The notes beneath the pieces were generated by a model. That model made no database searches. It worked only from the letters and a program-made list of their open reading frames with translations, and had not been told where the DNA came from. The translations under genes were made by a program, and so were the position numbers. Below, in pieces: positions 10,103 through 17,869 of a stretch of DNA of 30,437 nucleotides. Within the stretch, counting starts at the first letter, position 1, and every line of letters starts with the position of its first letter. Source of the DNA: Opitutales bacterium (GTDB lineage Bacteria > Verrucomicrobiota > Verrucomicrobiia > Opitutales > JABSRG01); assembly GCA_049599475.1 (NCBI GenBank), contig JBMYOQ010000054.1:1-30437 (forward strand), given 5' to 3'.

Positions 10103-10632
10103 TAGACGGTCCCCGCTAATTCCATTTTCATGCGAGCGCTGATGCACTCGCGCAGTCTTGCCCTCAATCTATGGAGTGTCGTGTAGATGGCGCCCACCTT
10201 GATGGAAGCCTTCTTAGCGAGTTCATCGCCTTTGCAATTTTGGCCGTAATAGAGTTCCACGAGGGTGCGCATGCGGGTCGGTAAGCCTGCGATGCATTCC
10301 CGTAAATGGCTTTTTTCTTCATGCCAAAGCTCGATGTCTGATTCCTCGGTCACTGTTTCCGACAAAAATTCAAGGGCATCGTGAACGATAACTTCTTTTC
10401 GCTTAGAATTATGTCTCCAGTGTTTTCGGGCGACATTGCGCGCGATCGTGCATGCCCACGGAGAAAAATCGCGAGAAAGGTCGAATGTGTGCGCACTTTT
10501 CATAATTTGAATGACTGTATCTTGGAAAAGGTCCTCCGCTTCATGAAAGTCCTGAGTCATGGCAACGAGGGTAGCCATGATCTTTGACCGATATTGCGTT
10601 ATCTTTAGTGAAATTTCTGCATTTTCGCCCAT
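10102..10632 (-). CDS. ECF sigma-70 factor 1
   Basis: Region 2 (EAEDLFQDT, FSPWACTIARN) and region 4 (LRECIAGLP..R...ELYY, IYTTLHRLRARLRECI). Start is ATG 10632 or TTG 10647. Confidence 0.92.
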   Translation of the reverse strand: MGENAEISLKITQYRSKIMATLVAMTQDFHEAEDLFQDTVIQIMKSAHTFDLSRDFSPWACTIARNVARKHWRHNSKRKEVIVHDALEFLSETVTEESDIELWHEEKSHLRECIAGLPTRMRTLVELYYGQNCKGDELAKKASIKVGAIYTTLHRLRARLRECISARMKMELAGTV

Positions 10633-10647
10633 ATTCGAGTACACCAA

Positions 10648-10680
10648 CTTACTGTATCCCTAAAGTCGGAAAACCTTCAC
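10648..10680 (-). promoter_or_regulatory. Candidate ECF promoter, copy A (upstream of sigma 1)
   Basis: GTGAAGGTTTTC-N9-GGATACAGTAA aligns without gaps to GTGCAAGTTTTC-N9-GGAAACAGGAA at 17432-17464. Confidence 0.55.
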
Positions 10681-10714
10681 ATGGATTTAAAGATAATGTT
10701 ATTTTGGGTGTTTG

Positions 10715-10749
10715 GTAGGGAAAGGCCTGATCTGCAAAGCCTTCCCCAC
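10715..10749. repeat. GTAG-bounded imperfect inverted repeat (REP-like hairpin)
   Basis: GTAGGGAAAGGC...GCCTTCCCCAC, located between the 2192-aa gene stop and the sigma 1 promoter. Confidence 0.5.
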
Positions 10750-10795
10750 TCAGGTTATGAAATCCTCCTAGGTTTAAGTTGTGTTCGATTGTCTA

Positions 10796-13700
10796 TTATT
10801 CGGGTTGAACGCTGATGTTATCGAAGTAGTAGGATTCGCCGTCTTGCGAAGTGCGCGCTTGGATTTGGATGACTAGGCTATCGCCTGTGATGCCGCTGTA
10901 GCTGATGTTTCGGGTGCTTCGGCGGGTCGCGCCGAGGTTTTCAACGATTTGGGTGAGCACACCGTCTACGATGATGTTTACGATGAAGTTGTCTGGCTTG
11001 TCGCCGCCAGCGTCTAGGTCTCCGCGTTCATCAGCGTCGATTTCCAAGGTGACGGGACCGCCCGCGATATTGATCGCTTGTGTGCGGAAAAGACTCTCGA
11101 TATTCCTGATCTCTAAACGATTGTTTTGGACGCTGAAATAACCGTCGTCATCATCGATTACGCTTATTGCCCATGAGGTGCCTGAGGCATTATCCATATC
11201 TTCGCTGGTGTTGTCGGAGTAGCTGTTAAAGTTCTGCTCCCAGCCGGTAAAGACGTAGAAGACTTCCATGGAATAGGTCCGGTTATCAGTATCGCCATCG
11301 GTGTCCTCTACTTGGACTGTGAAAGAGAACATACCGACCTGATTCAGGGTGCCTGATAGAAGTCCTGATTGGCTCAAGGTGAGGCCATCGGGGAGTGCAC
11401 CATCAATGAGTGTCCATGATAGGTTTCCATCGCCGCTAAGCGCGCTGAGTTGTGCGTTGTAGTTGCTGGTTAAACCGGCGTCGGGCAGTGATATGGTTTG
11501 AATGCTCGGTATTAAGTTGAGGCCTTCTGATTGGACGGGCGTGTCGGTCGTGGTGACCTCAAGGCGGTAGAATCCCCGGTCCGTGTCCATGGGAATTTCT
11601 AGAAGAATTTCCTCTAACACCTCATTCGATGGCAAAGTGGTTTGGTCGATGGTCATGTAATCGGACCATTCAGACAGATTTGCAGACTGCTTTACTGTGT
11701 AGCGCAGGGCGCTGTCATTTCCGCGGCGGTTGAAACCGAAGCTTAGGTCGCCCCCTTCGTTTACGATTTTCGCCAACTGAAATTGGCGGTCATCCTGGGT
11801 GGGGTCACCGCCCAAAACATACTCCGTGAAGTTGTCGACTCGGTCACCGTCGAAATCGGCTGATTCGTCTCCGATGTCATCTCCCCAGGAGGCAAACCAT
11901 GTCTGAGAATCCATTTTGGCGAGGTCAGTGCCGTCGATTTGATGCAGGTAAGCCATCAGGCTGGCGAATTCTTCTTCGGTGAGATCGTAACCAGAATCGC
12001 CAAGATTGTGAGCCGCGCCGGATTCTCCGACCTGAGCCTGGTCATCAAACTGTTCGAAGACTGCTTCCAAAGTAGGAGCGCTGCCGTCGTGCAAATAGGG
12101 GGCAACACCACTGACATCCCAAAGGGTGGGGGTATCGATTCCCACAAGGTTTTCACCGAGACGATCGCCGGAGCTACTTTTGATGGTGCCCACTCTGTGA
12201 AGGATGCTGTTGCCGAGTCCAGATGTTGTAACGAGTTGGCTGTTTGTGAACTGTTGGTCCGAAGCATGACATTCTATGCAGCTCAGAGTGTGTCCAGAAA
12301 TAGGGGTGATTTGCCCTTCGAAGAGACGTTTTCCGTGGAGGGCTTCAGGGCTCATCGTGCCGTCTGCTTGGCGATGTGGACTGCGGGATACTGTTTCTTT
12401 GCCCAGAGAAGCGACGTAGGCTGCTAGGGCGTCAAGCTCTGCGCTGCGTCCGGAATTGGGCGCGCCCATGGATGGATTCGGCTCACCACCGTCGATGAAT
12501 CCAGTGCCGCTTTGATGGAAAACCATATCGAGCTCGAAGTCCTGGATTTCGTCGAAATTACCCGACCAGTGCACATTACCGTGGCCCATGCCCGCTCGGC
12601 CGCGCAGGTCTGTGGTATTGCGTAAACCTTCTCCGCGTTGAGTGAAATCCCAAACCACGCCGTCGTGCCCTCCATTTTGGTGGCAGGCCGCGCAGGAGAT
12701 GTAACCTTCGAAGCTCATGCGCTCGTCGGCGGCATTGTAGAAGATCTGTTTTCCAAGTAAAATTTCGCCTTCGAGGACATCGTTGGAAACGGTGCTGATA
12801 TCGGTGCGCTGGGTATTGGTGAAGGTGCCTGTGGCGAGAGCGTCTGACAAGTCGTGCACGGTGACGGACCTGTCCATGAAGTTTTTAACAAACAAGCGTT
12901 GAGTGTCCGCATCGAAGAGGAGGCCCTGGGGGGCAAGGCCCACAGGTAGACTGAAAACTTGTGTCATCGATCCAGTGTTGAAAACAGATACTGAATTACT
13001 GCCTTGAAGGGCCACGAACATGTAGTCGCCACGTTCATCGAAGCAGATGGCCATCGGCTGGGATAGATCGTTGAGATCGATCCGTTCTGCGAAGGTCTCT
13101 GAGTTGGTCTGTAGATTGACCGCAGATACGATGGGACGCACTGTGGAGTCGTGATTTAGGCGAGAGTCTTGTTCGCGGAATGCGCCAGCCACGGTGTTGA
13201 CCTTTTGCGATGCAATGTAGGCTTTTTCGTCGGCTGGATTGATCGCGATGTGTGATAGATAATTGGGTACGCCACGGCCGGTATTAGGCCCATCTTCGCT
13301 GGTTGTATCTTTGGCCAATCGAATCGTTGAGCCAAGAGTCATCGCTCCGGATCCTGAATCGAGGGAGATGGTGTAAACTTCGCCGAAATCTGTAGGTGAG
13401 ATGAAGCGGCTTACGAGGAGCCCCTCTTCTTCGGCTCGAATTGCAATCGCGGCAGGGTAGGGACCTGTCTGCACGCGATCTATAAGCCCGAGGCTTGATG
13501 CGTCGATTTGTATAACTTCACCTAGGCCGTAAAGGGACACGTATGCATTTGTGCCAGCGCGATTGAATACGATGTCGTGTGGCTCGGCGCCGTAGCCGAG
13601 GTCGAGGTCGATATCGTTTTGTGGGTTTGAGGTATCCAGGATACGGATACTGTCTGAGTGTCTCTGTGTTACCCAGATTCGGCCCTGGTTATCGATTGCA

Positions 13701-16700
13701 AGGCTCTGGGGATTACCAGGGACGTCTTTTTCCCAGACGACTTGCAGCGTATTTCTGTCGACCGCGGTGATGGTGTCATTGTCCGGATTTACGGAGATGA
13801 TCAGGTCGTTCGCCGAGTCGAGAGCCAGTTGACTGCTTTGTCGTGGGTCGGGTATTACAGGTGCAGGGGGAGGAGGCGCCACCATGCCTATGTAATCGAC
13901 ATCGAGTTCCCGCATGCTCTCGCTATCGCGGAGTTGGATGTAGTTGGTGCCTGCTTTGAGATCAAGATCCAAGGTTATGGTCGTAAAGCTCGAAGAGGTT
14001 GTTGTCAGTGATGCTTGCTTTTTGTCATTTCCGGGATCGTCGGGGAAGGTATAGCCTGGATCATCGTCTTGGAATACAAATACACCCAGGCCGCGAAGTC
14101 GTCCGCGGTTGTTTGATTTCACTCTGAATGCGAACTTTTGAGTGCCTTCTTCTTCTGCATTCACCTGCCATTGGATGACGAATCCTCCTCTTGGATCAAC
14201 GTATTCGTTTTCGGAGGCATCGGAGCTGGAGGCGCGGCTACCATTAAAGATAAATTCGTCACTTACGTCCTCGGCTTCCATCCTGTTTTTTACCTCACCC
14301 ATTAAGCGTATTTCCAGGTAATCAACGTTTGGCTCGGAGGTGTCCTCGGTGTCTCGCAGTTCGAGGCGATAACTCCCCGGTTCAGCTATCGTATGCAATA
14401 CCGAATAGTCCCGGAAATCTTCATTGTTCGCAGTGATTACGCCGATTTTCACTTCGTTGATGACTTCGGAGGTGCCATCTGCGTAGTCTCGCCATTGTCC
14501 AAAGAAAACGCCTACGGAGCGGTTTTCAGCATTCTCTGTTCGCTTACTTGCGCGGACGACAAACTGAAAATTGCCGGGCACGGCATCGAAATCCCAGCCT
14601 AGGTTCATACCTCCGTTACCGTCGATATGTTGCCCATTGGACGAGTTGGAATTGCTCATGATCGAGAATCCAGTGCCAGAGCCGTATTCAGCCTCTAAAA
14701 TTGGCTCAAATCCGTCTTCCCCTGCGGGTTTGTAGTAGATGGACGGTTGGATTAATTTTGTTGAGGTCTTTTCGGGCGCATTGACGCTGCGCACGCGGCC
14801 GCGGATCGTGTATGTCCCTGCGATAACGTAGGTGTGCGTTACGGTCGCATTATCGGAGCTCCAATCAGAGAAATTACCATCGCCAAAATCCCAGTAATAC
14901 TCGAGAGTATCGAGGCTTTCACCGTTTGAGGGAATGGCTTGCATTTCGAAGGAAACGGGTGCGCCGACGAGCGGTTCAGCAGTCGTCAATCCCATCGACG
15001 CGATCTCGGGATACCAGAGATCGTTGGGGCCGGCTGTTGTGAATTGGAAGGTATACTCCTCCATGGGATTGCCCACGATATCGGTGACGTCTTTGAGATA
15101 TACTTCGTAAGTGGTGTTGGGCAATAAATCCTGTAGTGGGGTGAAGGTGATGACGTCCTTGTCGCTTACGGTTCGGGTGCCGGGTATGCTATTGGGCACG
15201 TTGTCCGGTGATGTCCTTTCGGATGCGGGGTAGACGCGCAGCGTGTCTTCTTTGATGGTCGTGATGTCCAAAGTCTCGTGTATCATCAATCCGATACGAC
15301 TCGTCACGAGTTGTCCCACGGAGTCTGCAGCTGGGATATGGAAACTTACGGATGGAGGCAGAACGTCCGGTTCTTCTTGGAATGCGTAGATCTTGCCCAT
15401 GTTTTCGGCGCCTTGTTCAGAATTTTCTGCGCAGACAACGAGATTTCCCAGAGGGAGCATGTATTCCCCTTTGTGACCTGGAACATTCAATAGGGAGGGG
15501 GTGATTCCACCATCGAGGTGCGTGAGATCAATCACCTCGGTGCCTGCAAACATCCGATGGTCCTGAAATTGGATGTAGCGTGTGGAGCCCTGCGTATCCG
15601 CTATCACGTGATGCATTCGGAGGTTGGCCGGGTCTGTGTAGTCTACGAAGCCGATAGTGCTCCCTCCGGCAGACATCGGTATGATGAAATAATTGTTGTA
15701 GACAGCGGGTTCGTAGGCACCGCTGCGTTGGTTGCGCCAGCGGTTGTCGTCGCCGCGCATGATATCGAGGAGGATCGGGTTTCTGGGATCGCTAATATCA
15801 TAAGTGGCAATGGCTTTCTCCCCGGAGCGCACTTTCGCTAGGAGGAGGATATTGCCTACGGGAATGGGTACGGCATCGGAGCCGAATCCGTGCTCGTTCA
15901 TGATGGAAAGAGTCTGATCGGTTCGCGCGTCGACAATTGCTTTGCCCCCGTCGGAAGACACGTAGTGATAGGGGAGTAGGTAGGCGCTGCGCGCGCTGCC
16001 ACCGACATTTTGGAAGCCTGCGGGCATTTCAGCCTCGATGCTTGGGTTGGGATCCGAAAGCCCGTGCATATTCATGTAGCTTGTGCCCGGATGGTTTACG
16101 CGGTGATCGGGCGCGAGCCAGTGCGATTGGTGCATGGCGCCATCCATGCGCTCTATAAATACTTCGTCGAGGGTGCGGTTATCTGGGTTGGAGACGCTTG
16201 GTTCTTCTGAGGTAATGTCCGCGATATCGAAGAAGATGAGACTGTTGCCTACGGAGGATCCACGATTGTCGGTGATCAGATGGCCGCGGTGGAAGCCTAA
16301 TACGACGGAGCGGATAGTGTTGTTTCCCTGTTCTGTGCGATAGGTCGCGATTTCTTCGCCTAAGGTCCGCCATGTATTTAGGAAGCCCGGCTCGTAAGGG
16401 TGTTGAGGGAAATCTTCGGCGTTTGAGGGAACGTCGAGTGGCTCGCGAGCGGGCTCTACGAACTCCATGTCAAAGGTCATGCCCCAGAGCTCGGCGTTGA
16501 CGAAACTCAGGTCGTAGTTGGTGTTCGTAGGATGGGCGAAGACTAGAATATCGCCGTGTTCAATTACCCATGGGCCGGGGATACGGTAGTTGCTATCTTC
16601 GAAGTTGTAATACTCATGGATGGCATCGTTTCCAAAGCTGTCTTGGATAAAAGTGTTTTCGCTCACGTCATAAAAGATGAAATCGATGCGACCATCTTGG

Positions 16701-17374
16701 GGAACATTGCCCGTCGAGTATTCGAGCATGTAGACCTCTTCCAGAATCAAACGCGTATCCGGATTCATACCTGTATGCGCGAATGATTGGTTTTGGACGG
16801 GGCCGAAATTGCCGGGAGCGTCTGCCATGTTCATCTCTCCCTCTAGATCGAAGCGAATGATCAATGCCTCCCCGGGATCGTCGATCTTGTCGCGCCGATT
16901 TCCGTCGACGTCGTTGTTATAGTTTTCGACACCGAAGCCGAAAGTGGCATCTGGGTGCTTGTTCACGAGGGGTTGAGCGTCACCGGCCTGGATGTCATTA
17001 AGTGAATCCAAATATACAAGGAAGGGAGCACGGGCACCTGGACTTGCTGGGGAGCTTTGAATACTATCTATCGCATCCGCGGTATTCCAATACCTTACTG
17101 CAGTGATGTCGTGGGCAAAAGTGCTGAGCGCGTAGGGATTGCTGAACGATTCTCCGCTCTCTGGAGCTCCTGTCCAATCGCTAGACTCGGCATATTCTAT
17201 GCCTTGCCCGTACCATTGAAATTCCCAGCCATTCCAACTGTAGAAAAACTGTTTGAGAGCTGTGGGTTCAGAGTCTTCTGAACGAGTGGTAATTTGGGCA
17301 ATTACGGGTGTATGGAGCACAGTGGCTGCTGCGAGGATAGGAAGCAGTTTGGGTAGTTGGGGCATACCGGTCAC
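10796..17374 (-). CDS. Secreted 2192-aa multidomain protein: LVIVD-like propeller, Big_5 Ig, PKD, two CBM6/35-like modules, YncE/YVTN-like beta-propeller, di-heme cytochrome c peroxidase-like domain, DxDGD/FYRL domain, He_PIG Ig
   Basis: Signal peptide; YDISDPRNP and VDYTDPAN repeats; YYWDFGDG; two EAE...VDY modules; VNPDNDTITAVD and VGLAPQG blades; CAACH (12680-12694), CIECH (12266-12280), TPTLW..APYLHDGS; GALPDGLTLSQSGLLSGT. The true start may be ATG 17365. Confidence 0.85.
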   Translation of the reverse strand: MTGMPQLPKLLPILAAATVLHTPVIAQITTRSEDSEPTALKQFFYSWNGWEFQWYGQGIEYAESSDWTGAPESGESFSNPYALSTFAHDITAVRYWNTADAIDSIQSSPASPGARAPFLVYLDSLNDIQAGDAQPLVNKHPDATFGFGVENYNNDVDGNRRDKIDDPGEALIIRFDLEGEMNMADAPGNFGPVQNQSFAHTGMNPDTRLILEEVYMLEYSTGNVPQDGRIDFIFYDVSENTFIQDSFGNDAIHEYYNFEDSNYRIPGPWVIEHGDILVFAHPTNTNYDLSFVNAELWGMTFDMEFVEPAREPLDVPSNAEDFPQHPYEPGFLNTWRTLGEEIATYRTEQGNNTIRSVVLGFHRGHLITDNRGSSVGNSLIFFDIADITSEEPSVSNPDNRTLDEVFIERMDGAMHQSHWLAPDHRVNHPGTSYMNMHGLSDPNPSIEAEMPAGFQNVGGSARSAYLLPYHYVSSDGGKAIVDARTDQTLSIMNEHGFGSDAVPIPVGNILLLAKVRSGEKAIATYDISDPRNPILLDIMRGDDNRWRNQRSGAYEPAVYNNYFIIPMSAGGSTIGFVDYTDPANLRMHHVIADTQGSTRYIQFQDHRMFAGTEVIDLTHLDGGITPSLLNVPGHKGEYMLPLGNLVVCAENSEQGAENMGKIYAFQEEPDVLPPSVSFHIPAADSVGQLVTSRIGLMIHETLDITTIKEDTLRVYPASERTSPDNVPNSIPGTRTVSDKDVITFTPLQDLLPNTTYEVYLKDVTDIVGNPMEEYTFQFTTAGPNDLWYPEIASMGLTTAEPLVGAPVSFEMQAIPSNGESLDTLEYYWDFGDGNFSDWSSDNATVTHTYVIAGTYTIRGRVRSVNAPEKTSTKLIQPSIYYKPAGEDGFEPILEAEYGSGTGFSIMSNSNSSNGQHIDGNGGMNLGWDFDAVPGNFQFVVRASKRTENAENRSVGVFFGQWRDYADGTSEVINEVKIGVITANNEDFRDYSVLHTIAEPGSYRLELRDTEDTSEPNVDYLEIRLMGEVKNRMEAEDVSDEFIFNGSRASSSDASENEYVDPRGGFVIQWQVNAEEEGTQKFAFRVKSNNRGRLRGLGVFVFQDDDPGYTFPDDPGNDKKQASLTTTSSSFTTITLDLDLKAGTNYIQLRDSESMRELDVDYIGMVAPPPPAPVIPDPRQSSQLALDSANDLIISVNPDNDTITAVDRNTLQVVWEKDVPGNPQSLAIDNQGRIWVTQRHSDSIRILDTSNPQNDIDLDLGYGAEPHDIVFNRAGTNAYVSLYGLGEVIQIDASSLGLIDRVQTGPYPAAIAIRAEEEGLLVSRFISPTDFGEVYTISLDSGSGAMTLGSTIRLAKDTTSEDGPNTGRGVPNYLSHIAINPADEKAYIASQKVNTVAGAFREQDSRLNHDSTVRPIVSAVNLQTNSETFAERIDLNDLSQPMAICFDERGDYMFVALQGSNSVSVFNTGSMTQVFSLPVGLAPQGLLFDADTQRLFVKNFMDRSVTVHDLSDALATGTFTNTQRTDISTVSNDVLEGEILLGKQIFYNAADERMSFEGYISCAACHQNGGHDGVVWDFTQRGEGLRNTTDLRGRAGMGHGNVHWSGNFDEIQDFELDMVFHQSGTGFIDGGEPNPSMGAPNSGRSAELDALAAYVASLGKETVSRSPHRQADGTMSPEALHGKRLFEGQITPISGHTLSCIECHASDQQFTNSQLVTTSGLGNSILHRVGTIKSSSGDRLGENLVGIDTPTLWDVSGVAPYLHDGSAPTLEAVFEQFDDQAQVGESGAAHNLGDSGYDLTEEEFASLMAYLHQIDGTDLAKMDSQTWFASWGDDIGDESADFDGDRVDNFTEYVLGGDPTQDDRQFQLAKIVNEGGDLSFGFNRRGNDSALRYTVKQSANLSEWSDYMTIDQTTLPSNEVLEEILLEIPMDTDRGFYRLEVTTTDTPVQSEGLNLIPSIQTISLPDAGLTSNYNAQLSALSGDGNLSWTLIDGALPDGLTLSQSGLLSGTLNQVGMFSFTVQVEDTDGDTDNRTYSMEVFYVFTGWEQNFNSYSDNTSEDMDNASGTSWAISVIDDDDGYFSVQNNRLEIRNIESLFRTQAINIAGGPVTLEIDADERGDLDAGGDKPDNFIVNIIVDGVLTQIVENLGATRRSTRNISYSGITGDSLVIQIQARTSQDGESYYFDNISVQPE

Positions 17375-17431
17375 GTGGGGATGATTGGGGGTAATGGGGT
17401 TAGGCGGAAAAGCTCACAGAAGAGCCTCCAT

Positions 17432-17464
17432 ATTCCTGTTTCCTAAACCTGTGAAAACTTGCAC
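17432..17464 (-). promoter_or_regulatory. Candidate ECF promoter, copy B (upstream of the 2192-aa gene)
   Basis: Same bipartite motif and spacing as 10648-10680. Confidence 0.55.
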
Positions 17465-17627
17465 AAAAATTTTTCGGATTCCCCTGCAACCTTGCTGATC
17501 CAACTGTGGAAACAACGAGAGGTGTCGAAGTTTGCGGAGTTAGAGATTACGATTTTTACAATAATCCGTTCTTAATTGCTCCCAGCATTCTAAATCTTTC
17601 CTCCAAAGGTATTTCTGAACAAAATAG

Positions 17628-17711
17628 GTGGGGCAAACCGTCTCGGTGAGCCTATCAGCGGCTTGGTGGAAGGCTTAAAAACTACGGCTCACCGGGGGCG
17701 GTTCGCCCTCC
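17628..17711. repeat. REP-like inverted doublet
   Basis: GTGGGGCAAACCGTCTCGGTGAGCC and GGCTCACCGGGGGCGGTTCGCCCTCC form ~23-25 bp imperfect inverted arms around a 33-nt spacer. Confidence 0.65.
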
Positions 17712-17803
17712 CAAAGAGCATGTACATTGAATTCATTTCCGTTAATAACCCAGCAGGCTCTCGAGAAATGTGATAACTCACTGCAGTAAATTAACATTCG
17801 TTT

Positions 17804-17829
17804 GAAAGATTTTCGAGATTCTTGGCAAT
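17804..17829 (+). promoter_or_regulatory. Conserved upstream element GAAAGATTTTC-N5-TCTTGGCAAT (GH10 gene)
   Basis: The 11-bp and 10-bp blocks are identical, with the same spacing, to those at 26605-26630. Confidence 0.7.
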
Positions 17830-17869
17830 AGGGGGGTGAAGGTCCGTACCCGTTTACTGATTCTGTGAC

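Noticed and set aside
10103..10147. ORF-track N-terminal extension of FecR1
   Set aside because: It overlaps the sigma 1 coding region. ATG 10102 gives TAATG translational coupling.
17414..17431. In-frame upstream ATG (MEALL-TGA) before the 2192-aa gene as a readthrough or leader peptide
   Set aside because: Only 5 codons, with no recoding signal seen. It more simply coincides with the predicted transcription start.
17631..17710. c-di-GMP-I riboswitch suggested by GGGCAAACC
   Set aside because: It lacks the GAAA tetraloop and GGGACGCAAAGC elements. A simple REP-like inverted repeat explains it better.
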